DNA of 64,000 nucleotides from an uncultured Gemmatimonadales bacterium (lineage in GTDB: Bacteria > Gemmatimonadota > Gemmatimonadetes > Gemmatimonadales > GWC2-71-9): NCBI GenBank assembly GCA_963828735.1, contig CAWHFW010000002.1, positions 544,001 to 608,000 of the forward strand, read 5' to 3'. The translations under genes were made by a program, and so were the position numbers. Shown piece by piece: positions 55,601-62,231 of the stretch. Position 1 is the first letter of the stretch. Each line of letters begins with the position of its first letter. The notes beneath the pieces were generated by a model. That model worked only from the letters and a program-made list of their open reading frames with translations. It had not been told where the DNA came from and did no database searches.

Positions 55601-57757
55601 CTGCAGGCGACCCACCTCGCCCTTGGCCCTCGGCGAGCCCGGGCGGTGCACGCGTCGCTCGACGGGAGCCTCGCGGCCGATCGGTCGATCGCCGCGGGAA
55701 CCGGCAGCATCGTGATGGAGAATGTCACGGTGCCCGGCCGACGCATCGGGCGCTTGCGTGTCGACGGCTCGTATGGCGCTCAGCAGCTGGCCGTTCGCGG
55801 GCACGTGGAGCTGGACCGCTTGCGCACCCTGACGCTGGCGGCGCGCGCCTACCCGGCCACCGCGGAGCGGAGGGTGGAGCTCGATACGCTCGTGGTAAGG
55901 GGCGACAAGCAGACCTGGGCGCTCCGCCATCCGGTGCGCATGACCTACGGGCAGCGCATGGCGATTCAGGATTTCGCCCTGGTCTCCGGCGGACGCAGGA
56001 TCGGGATCGACGGCATCGTCGACCGCCGCGGTGAGCAGCGGATGACGGTGGCGATCGATTCGCTCCCCGTCGCCTGGCTGAGCGAGCTGCTCGGCAGCGG
56101 CACGACGGACGGAGAGATCAACGGCAGGCTGGATCTCACGGGCCCCGCCACGGCCCCGAAGTTGGCGGGCACGCTGGCGGTCGGCCTCACGTCGCGCGGC
56201 AAGAAGGTCGGCACGGCCCGCGCGGGCCTGGAGTGGATCGGCGCGCGAGGGCTGCGTCTCGACGTGGGCGTCTATCACCCCGATGGCGACAGTCTTCGCG
56301 TCACCGGCCGGGTTCCGCTCGCGCTCTCGCTTGCCTCCGACGATTCGAGCCGCGGCGTGGTGAGCCGGATTCCAGCCGGCGAGCTGACGATGGATGCCGT
56401 GGCCAATGGATTCCGGATCGACATGCTCCAGCCTCTGCTCGATCCGAAAACCGCCAAGTCGCTTCGTGGCCGGCTCACCGTGGACGCTCACGCCCGAGGA
56501 AGCCTGGAATCACCCGTCCTGTCCGGCAGCGTCGAGCTCACCGAGGCGAGGATCGAGATCCCTCGCCTTGGCGCGACCTACGACAACGGTCACATGCGGG
56601 CCACCCTCGAGGGTCGGAACGTTCGGCTGAACGAGGCGCGGTTCGAGGCCGGCGGGGGGCGCTTGGACGGCAAGGGCGTGATCAGTGTCCAGGAGGCCCA
56701 GCGCATCGGGCTCGACCTCGACGCCACCATGGAGGACTTCCGGCTCGCCGACGGCGACAACCTCGGCGCGACCACGTCGGGCAGGGTCCACCTCGGCGGC
56801 ACTCCCAAGGCGCCGTCGCTCGAGGGGGCCGTGAAGGTTCGGAACCTCGACTACTACCTCCAGGCAAAGAGTCTCGGCCAGTCGGCTGAGGCAGTCGAGC
56901 TCACGGCGGAAGACCTACGCATCCTTGAGGACCGATTCGGCGTCACGGCCGATCAGTCCGTCCGCGGGGCCCCATCGCCCTGGGCGATGAACCTCGACCT
57001 GACACTGTCCGGGAACGACTGGCTCCGGCGTCGGACCAGCCCGGTCGTTGCCGTCGAGCTGTCCGGCAACCTCCAGATCCGGAAGGCTGCGGGGGAGGAC
57101 ATGCAGATCTTCGGCGCGATTCAGCCGCTCGCGGGCCGGAGCTTCGTGGAGCTTCTCGGGCGCCGGTTCCAGGTCACGAGCGGCCAGGTCGGGTTGAACG
57201 GGCCAATGAAGAACGCCCGCCTCAACCTGCTCGCCGAATATCGTGCCGACTCGGGCAGCAGCAGCACGTCTCCCTCGGGAGTCGTGATTACGACGCAGCT
57301 CAAGGCGGATACCGGGCAGCTGGCGGTCACGCTGGACTCGCGTCCCAAGCTGAGTAACGCGGACATCCGCTCCTATCTAGCAACGGGACGCCCCGCGGGG
57401 ACGGATCCGACGCGTGCCAACGACGAAACGAATCCGCTGACCGCTGGGGCGTCGCTGGCGGTGGGCGCCGCGCTCGGCACGGTCGCCGGCGGAGCCGGGC
57501 GCGCGCTCGGATTCGACGTCGTGCAGATTCTCCAGGATCGGAACGGCGGGCAGACCCTCGTCGCCGGCAAGTACGTTTCGCCCCCCTTATACCTCGGATT
57601 TCGGGAACCGATCGTCGCGGCGGAGGATCCTTCCGAGCCGCAATCGTCGAGGGGGAGCATGGAGTGGGAAGTCGAATATGCCGCGCTCCGACGCGCACTG
57701 CTCAATCTCCAGGGTTCCGGCGAGGAATTCCGCGCCTTCCTGCGGCTCCGGCGGTGA
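52613..57757 (+). CDS. tamB: Translocation and assembly module TamB-like protein
   Basis: About 1700 aa, N-terminal TM, repetitive beta-taco sequence, C-terminal DUF490-like GKYVSP.LY. Start is uncertain. Confidence 0.82.
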   Translation: MPPGAARPCFRLPNRRRRTVTLARTLLRVLLRLLTIGALVVLGFIVALYLGGATWIVNRVLQRVDPFPDTSLQTARVSGNLLTELTLHDVRLIRADSQPAWRLDSVRAAYDPRQLFGNEIVIREGMVFGPDVVLQQLTNSKWDLPRPRPKRAGAGPSKGPRITIERLAVSGGRAAVRFSGSRAGRVAHLDSVNALAADIRIANGVRISRAMIRLRARNEQGTPERATIVAKGSVEPDLITIADLSVHSPGSTISAHGAIPLRRGKGQTRGPGRLEAHVVAQPLQFRDLSLLDARFERAGSVGLTFDLGGERDGFMLRAKAGFSDGGTAHAEGYLTARGVTPVEYRGSAMLRSVDPSLFTLGPTRSERVNGDLEVDLHGSRADLMNGRAALQVYDSRYGPIRATRAQAKATFTEGRARLAAETEWKPFAMALNGWLRPFDTVPTYDLTARLGRLPGDTSSVWLERLLGSGTARVAVNVKGRGAGPRTADLSVVASLERGTGPRGLLDSVSLQARLMSGSAEVRGRLGATGGLVAFRGQAVLGDALQYRVERATIDHVRLSALAGDTTASSLDATFSLRGTGTSADSAEAHAEVQVARMSYGRHELAGGRLDLGLRQGTTRVVARGTMDGAAVDVDASARPFAAEPVVMVDHLRFRHVDLARVAPGAGLSSDLSGMARVRVRGRRSEALHVEGGMTLEPSRLGADTLEEGTIEASLDRGDLTVRTRLLWPAGRLTLAGTARPFDSLPTYSVREGAFQGLDLGKLLRRPSLRTALSGSLRLEGRGREAKSARLDGTITVDSSIVNRTVIRGGRLQLALTDGRARIVGGLRGDGDSITIDGTAEPFATPRRVHLTSQIAIADLAALLGRDTIDAGGAARIVVEGELGRPEATRLRGTIRGNGHFAGISVDSLRADGRLAAGLLDLDTLAIRSNVAHLTGGGRVALYGPDATARSAFRLGGSLRDLAPLGPVLGIEGLAVDSGRVDLRLDGPKARTHLEADLQATHLALGPRRARAVHASLDGSLAADRSIAAGTGSIVMENVTVPGRRIGRLRVDGSYGAQQLAVRGHVELDRLRTLTLAARAYPATAERRVELDTLVVRGDKQTWALRHPVRMTYGQRMAIQDFALVSGGRRIGIDGIVDRRGEQRMTVAIDSLPVAWLSELLGSGTTDGEINGRLDLTGPATAPKLAGTLAVGLTSRGKKVGTARAGLEWIGARGLRLDVGVYHPDGDSLRVTGRVPLALSLASDDSSRGVVSRIPAGELTMDAVANGFRIDMLQPLLDPKTAKSLRGRLTVDAHARGSLESPVLSGSVELTEARIEIPRLGATYDNGHMRATLEGRNVRLNEARFEAGGGRLDGKGVISVQEAQRIGLDLDATMEDFRLADGDNLGATTSGRVHLGGTPKAPSLEGAVKVRNLDYYLQAKSLGQSAEAVELTAEDLRILEDRFGVTADQSVRGAPSPWAMNLDLTLSGNDWLRRRTSPVVAVELSGNLQIRKAAGEDMQIFGAIQPLAGRSFVELLGRRFQVTSGQVGLNGPMKNARLNLLAEYRADSGSSSTSPSGVVITTQLKADTGQLAVTLDSRPKLSNADIRSYLATGRPAGTDPTRANDETNPLTAGASLAVGAALGTVAGGAGRALGFDVVQILQDRNGGQTLVAGKYVSPPLYLGFREPIVAAEDPSEPQSSRGSMEWEVEYAALRRALLNLQGSGEEFRAFLRLRR

Positions 57758-59916
57758 CCCGCGGGCGCGCGTTGGCGCTGGCCCTCCTGATGCTCAGTGC
57801 CACGCTGCGGGTGGCAGCGGCACAGGATTCTCTCCTCGCCATTCGTCCGGATGCTCAGGTCGAGTCCGTCGACTTCCGCTTCGCAGGCACCCGGAGCTTC
57901 TCCTCCGTCGAGCTCGGTGAGCAGCTTGCGGTCAAGGGCCGCGGCTCGCTCTATGACGTCCGGCGTCTGCTCGGCAAACTCCCACTGATCCCCACGCCGG
58001 GCACGTTCACCTTCGATCCCGTCGAGCTCCAGAAGGACGTGGTCCGGCTCCGCCGGTTCTACCAGCGGGCCGGCTTCTTCGAGCCGCAACTGGACTACGA
58101 GGTCCGGACCAACGACGCGGGCACGCTGGTGAAGGTGGTCTTCCTCATCGACGAGGGAGCGGCGACTCCGCTCCGAAGCGTGCGGGTCGTGAGCTCGGAC
58201 GGAGATTCGGCCCTTTCCCTGCCCGACTCGCTTCGGGAGAGCTGGGCGGAGTTCGAGCGCGAGCTCACTGCCGGCCGCGGCCGGCGCCTCGGGGAGACCG
58301 ATCTCGTCGCCGTCGAAAATCGAACGCTCGAATGGCTCCGCCAGCGCGGTTATCCCTTCGCCACCGTGCGTTCAACGCGGACGGTGGATTCGCTCGCGAA
58401 AGCGGTCGACGTGGTCCTGACGGCGGATCCGGGCCCCCGGAGCCGGATCGGACGAATTGCCGTCGAGGGCAACGCGTCGGTAAGCGATCGGGTGGTGACG
58501 CGGGTGCTGCCCTTTCAGACCGGCGACTGGTATTCCTCGGACGAGCTCGCAATCGCCCGGAAGCGGCTCCAGACCGTGGATTTGCTGTCAGACGCCGTAG
58601 TGGACGTCGACTCGCAACCGGCCCCCGACTCGACCCTCGCCGTTCGCATCCGGGTACACGAGACCCGTCCCAGCCTGACCCTCGCCGAGGTGGGCTACAT
58701 CTCCGAGGGTGCCGGCCTCACGGGCCGGGTGCAGTGGACGCATCCCAACTTCACCGGCGGCGCGCGCAGCCTGACAGCCTCGCTCGAGGGGCAGACGGGC
58801 GCCGGGGCGATCGGGACCGAGGCCGAGCAGCTCCTCCGCGGCTCGCTCAGCCTCACGCAGCCCTTTGTGTTCGATCCCCGATTCTCCCTGATCTTCGGCC
58901 CCTGGGCGGAGTACCGGAACGACCTGAAGGATCGTTCCGGCGCAATCGGCCTCACAGCGACCCTGGTGCGCCGATTTCTTCCCCTCTCCTCCATCGCGCT
59001 GCAGTACCAGTTCAGCGCCCGTCATATCGACGAGTACCACTTTGGCGACGTCTCGGCCGGCGACGTCAGCTTGGGCGAGCTGCTGTCGCTTCAATTCCCC
59101 CACCTGATCGACTCGCTCGGACGTGACCAGAACAAGAGCACGATCACGCTGTCCGGCACGTTCAGCAACGTGGACGATCTGGGCGATCCCCGCCGGGGCT
59201 GGGTGGTCCGGCCGGCGGCCGAGATCACGGTGCCCGCAGTGCTCAGCACGGTCGAGTTTGGTCGGCTCGACCTCTCCGTGACCCGCTTTCAGCCAATCGC
59301 GCGGAACGTCGTGCTGATGGCGCGCTTCTCGGCCGGGCGGCTCTTCCCGTACGGCAAGAGCGCGCCCGCCCCCGGCGAGGATCCGACCTTCGATTTCATT
59401 CGCCTGAGAGACGAGTCGATGACGGCGGGGGGGACGAACGACGTCCGGGGATGGGGCGACCGGATGCTGGGCCCCAAGGTGCCCGACGTGGAAGGACACA
59501 TCGAGGGCTCGGACACCGTGTTCGTCGCCGACCACTACGCACCCGTGGGGGCGCTGGCTAGGCTCAGCGGCTCGGTCGAGCTACGGTTTCCGGCTCCAGG
59601 TCTGACGCCGGCCTGGCGAACCAGCGTGTTCGTCGATGGTGGGAGAGTATGGACGCCCGACGAGCGGTTCTCGCAGGCACGCCTCCTCCCGGAGAACACC
59701 GAATTCCGTTTCTCGATCGGTGCGGGGATCAGCTACCAGACGCCCATTGGTGCGCTGGGGCTCAGCGTGGGATACAAGCTGAACCCGTCCGCGGTGGACG
59801 TGCGCGACCCAGGCAAGGTGCTGGACGCGCTGATCGCCGGCTTGCCGGTGACGAGCGTCGAGTCCGAGTCGATCCGGCGCTATCACCTGCACCTGTCGTT
59901 CGGCGTGGCGCTGTAG
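57754..59916 (+). CDS. tamA: TamA/BamA-family Omp85 protein with POTRA domains
   Basis: POTRA motifs YQRAGFF and RGYPFA, AGGTNDVRGW and VELRF. GTGA overlap with tamB. Confidence 0.82.
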   Translation: MTRGRALALALLMLSATLRVAAAQDSLLAIRPDAQVESVDFRFAGTRSFSSVELGEQLAVKGRGSLYDVRRLLGKLPLIPTPGTFTFDPVELQKDVVRLRRFYQRAGFFEPQLDYEVRTNDAGTLVKVVFLIDEGAATPLRSVRVVSSDGDSALSLPDSLRESWAEFERELTAGRGRRLGETDLVAVENRTLEWLRQRGYPFATVRSTRTVDSLAKAVDVVLTADPGPRSRIGRIAVEGNASVSDRVVTRVLPFQTGDWYSSDELAIARKRLQTVDLLSDAVVDVDSQPAPDSTLAVRIRVHETRPSLTLAEVGYISEGAGLTGRVQWTHPNFTGGARSLTASLEGQTGAGAIGTEAEQLLRGSLSLTQPFVFDPRFSLIFGPWAEYRNDLKDRSGAIGLTATLVRRFLPLSSIALQYQFSARHIDEYHFGDVSAGDVSLGELLSLQFPHLIDSLGRDQNKSTITLSGTFSNVDDLGDPRRGWVVRPAAEITVPAVLSTVEFGRLDLSVTRFQPIARNVVLMARFSAGRLFPYGKSAPAPGEDPTFDFIRLRDESMTAGGTNDVRGWGDRMLGPKVPDVEGHIEGSDTVFVADHYAPVGALARLSGSVELRFPAPGLTPAWRTSVFVDGGRVWTPDERFSQARLLPENTEFRFSIGAGISYQTPIGALGLSVGYKLNPSAVDVRDPGKVLDALIAGLPVTSVESESIRRYHLHLSFGVAL

Positions 59917-59919
59917 GCG

Positions 59920-60708
59920 TCAGTTGACGGTGTAGCCGCGGCCCTGGAGGCAGGTCGCCATCGCCTTGCTGAACTTGTCCATCGTAGCGGAAGCCTGAGC
60001 GGTTGCCTGCTGCTGCCCCTGCTGTTCGGCCTGCGCGTCGGCCTGCTTCTTGGACTTTCGTCCGCGAGCGCCCCCGGCAACGGCGCCGACGGCGGCCCCT
60101 GTGCCGGCGTCACCCACAATGGCGCCCACGACGGCGCCGCCGGCTGCCCCCCTTGCAGCGCCGGAAACGGCTGCTCCAGAGGTGGCGGAATCCGATTGTG
60201 CCTTCGCGGCCTTGCCCGCGGAATCGGCGTTCACGCTCACCTTCGTGGGATCGATCCCGGTCTGCTCCTTCGCCCATTGGTAGCAGGCTCCTTCGTCCTG
60301 CACCTGCTGGGCCTGGGACTGCCCCTTCGCCGCGTACACGGTGAGGCCGACCTGCGCAGCCAGCTTGGGATCGACCACCTCGGCTGCCGGCGCGGGCGCC
60401 GGCGCGGCGGCAACTGCGGGCGCCGCGGCCGGAGCAGACGGCTCGGCGGCGGGCTTCGGGGCAGCCTTCTTGGGCTCCTGCTTCCCAGTGGCGGGCGGTG
60501 CCGCGGACGGCTGGGCGGCCACCGATTCAGCCGGCTGCACCGACACCGTCGGCCCGGCGGGCGCCGATGTCGCCGCCGCGGTCTCCGGCGTTGATGTCTT
60601 GGTCGCGGCGGTCTCATCGGCCCTGTTCGCCCTGCCCTTGCAGGCGGATGCGGCCGCCAGGCCGGCCACCACGGCCAGGGTCAGAACGGAACGTCCGGAG
60701 ATTTGCAT
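59920..60708 (-). CDS. Glycine-zipper (YMGG-like) lipoprotein
   Basis: ASAC lipobox, YAAKGQS..Q..D...CY.WA..QTG, GAxxGA zipper and CLQGRGY. Confidence 0.8.
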   Translation of the reverse strand: MQISGRSVLTLAVVAGLAAASACKGRANRADETAATKTSTPETAAATSAPAGPTVSVQPAESVAAQPSAAPPATGKQEPKKAAPKPAAEPSAPAAAPAVAAAPAPAPAAEVVDPKLAAQVGLTVYAAKGQSQAQQVQDEGACYQWAKEQTGIDPTKVSVNADSAGKAAKAQSDSATSGAAVSGAARGAAGGAVVGAIVGDAGTGAAVGAVAGGARGRKSKKQADAQAEQQGQQQATAQASATMDKFSKAMATCLQGRGYTVN

Positions 60709-60805
60709 GATGCCAACCTCATCTCTGCACAGATTCGACTGGGTGGACCACCCGGGCGCACCGGCCCGGGGCCCTTGTAGGGTAGGCCACGTCGCGCGCA
60801 TCCGA

Positions 60806-60822
60806 CACTGCACTTCCGTCCA
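60806..60822 (-). promoter_or_regulatory. Regulon box (variant)
   Basis: Minus strand tggacggaagtgcagtg, with TACCCT 21 bp downstream. Confidence 0.7.
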
Positions 60823-60829
60823 GTGCTCC

Positions 60830-60846
60830 TCCACCAAGGTCCAATG
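60830..60846 (+). promoter_or_regulatory. Regulon box
   Basis: tccaccaaggtccaatg, with TAGCGT 21 bp downstream. Confidence 0.85.
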
Positions 60847-60944
60847 TGCGGACCGGCTACCGTGACTTAGCGTCCACCATCACCGGACCTCCGGGCCGAC
60901 CAACCGCCCCGGTCCTTCGCCGATCCGCCATCAAGGTGGGCCCC

Positions 60945-62231
60945 GTGACCTGCAGGGCGTTCCGCTCCTTCCTGCGGTATCAGTTGTGCCCCGCCATCGC
61001 GGCCGCGGCCTTGCTCTTGTCGGCCTCCCGTGCGCGAGCCCAGCAGCCGTCGGCCGACAGCACACGGTTAGCCGCCGACAGCACCCAGGCATCCGCCGAC
61101 AGCACGGAGGCGTCCGTTCCGCAACGGGACGTCATGGACATTCTGGCGCAGATTCTCCACGGCAAGCCGGAAAAGCCCACCGTCGGCGCCCCTCCGGGGT
61201 TGGTGCTCACGCTGCTTCCCGCGTTCTCGGTCAACCCATCGACCGGACTGCTCGTCGGTGTCGCGGTCAATGCCCTCAAGCGCCTTGGTCCACCCGAAAC
61301 CACCAATTCGTCCACCGCCTCGCTGTCGGTCAACTACACGACCAAGCAGCAGTTCAACGTCCTGGCCCGGTCCAACGTCTTCGGCAGCGGCAACAGCTTC
61401 CTGTTGCAGGGCGACTGGCGCTACCTGGACACCTCGCAGCCGACCTACGGCCTCGGACCCGCCCTGCCCGACGACCAGAAGGATGACCTGCAGTACAAGC
61501 TGATCCGGATCTACCAGACGGCGTACCGGCCGGTAACCGGTCAGCTCATGATGGGCTTCGGCTATCACCTCAACGACTACTTCAACATCGTGGACTCGAA
61601 GGCGGAGCAGGGCCTCCCATCGCCGCTGCTCGACTACAACGGCGGTCAGAAGGTGACCACGATGATCTCGTCTGGTCTCTCTGCCGGCCTCGTGTTCGAC
61701 AACCGCGACAATCCGATCTACGGGACTCAAGGCATCTTCATGTCCGCGAGCTTGCGGATGTTTCCCACCTGGCTGGGCAGCGACAACACCTGGCAAAGCT
61801 TCCAGGCGGAGCTCCGGACCTATGGCCGGCTCGATCGTGCGGGGCGGCACGTTTTCGCCACCTGGACCACGACATGGTTCACCTTCGGCTCACCGCCTTA
61901 TCTGGAGCTGCCCGCGATCGGCTGGGATACCTACGCGCGCAGCGGACGGGGCTATCCGCAGGGTCGCATCCGGGGTAACAATCAGATCTATTTGGAGGGG
62001 GAGTATCGTGTGACGTTGTCTGCGGACGGATTCTGGGGAGCGGCAGCCTTCCTGAATCTGCTCTCCACCAGCGATCCGACTACGGGAGCCTTCCAGCGCG
62101 TCGATGCAGGCGGGGGAGTGGGCCTGCGGATCAAGCTCAACAAGCACTCGTCAACGAACATCACGCTCGACTACGGGTTCGGGGCGCACGGCTCGAACGG
62201 CCTGTTCATGGGAACCGGCGAGGCCTTTTAG
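60945..62231 (+). CDS. Omp85/surface-antigen-type barrel lacking POTRA domains
   Basis: Signal peptide ending ARAQ, FDNRDN, GRGYPQGRIRG, EGEYR and C-terminal GEAF. Confidence 0.8.
   Translation: MTCRAFRSFLRYQLCPAIAAAALLLSASRARAQQPSADSTRLAADSTQASADSTEASVPQRDVMDILAQILHGKPEKPTVGAPPGLVLTLLPAFSVNPSTGLLVGVAVNALKRLGPPETTNSSTASLSVNYTTKQQFNVLARSNVFGSGNSFLLQGDWRYLDTSQPTYGLGPALPDDQKDDLQYKLIRIYQTAYRPVTGQLMMGFGYHLNDYFNIVDSKAEQGLPSPLLDYNGGQKVTTMISSGLSAGLVFDNRDNPIYGTQGIFMSASLRMFPTWLGSDNTWQSFQAELRTYGRLDRAGRHVFATWTTTWFTFGSPPYLELPAIGWDTYARSGRGYPQGRIRGNNQIYLEGEYRVTLSADGFWGAAAFLNLLSTSDPTTGAFQRVDAGGGVGLRIKLNKHSSTNITLDYGFGAHGSNGLFMGTGEAF
61053..61105 (+). repeat. 3 x gccgacagcac at a 21-bp period (ADST repeats)
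   Basis: Copies start at 61053, 61074 and 61095. Confidence 0.7.

Noticed and set aside
2318..60846. Reading the repeated box as a CRISPR repeat, REP/MITE or integron attC-like site
   Set aside because: Spacing is irregular and kilobase-scale, flanks are not conserved, there are no cas or integrase genes, and it sits at gene 5' ends with promoter geometry.
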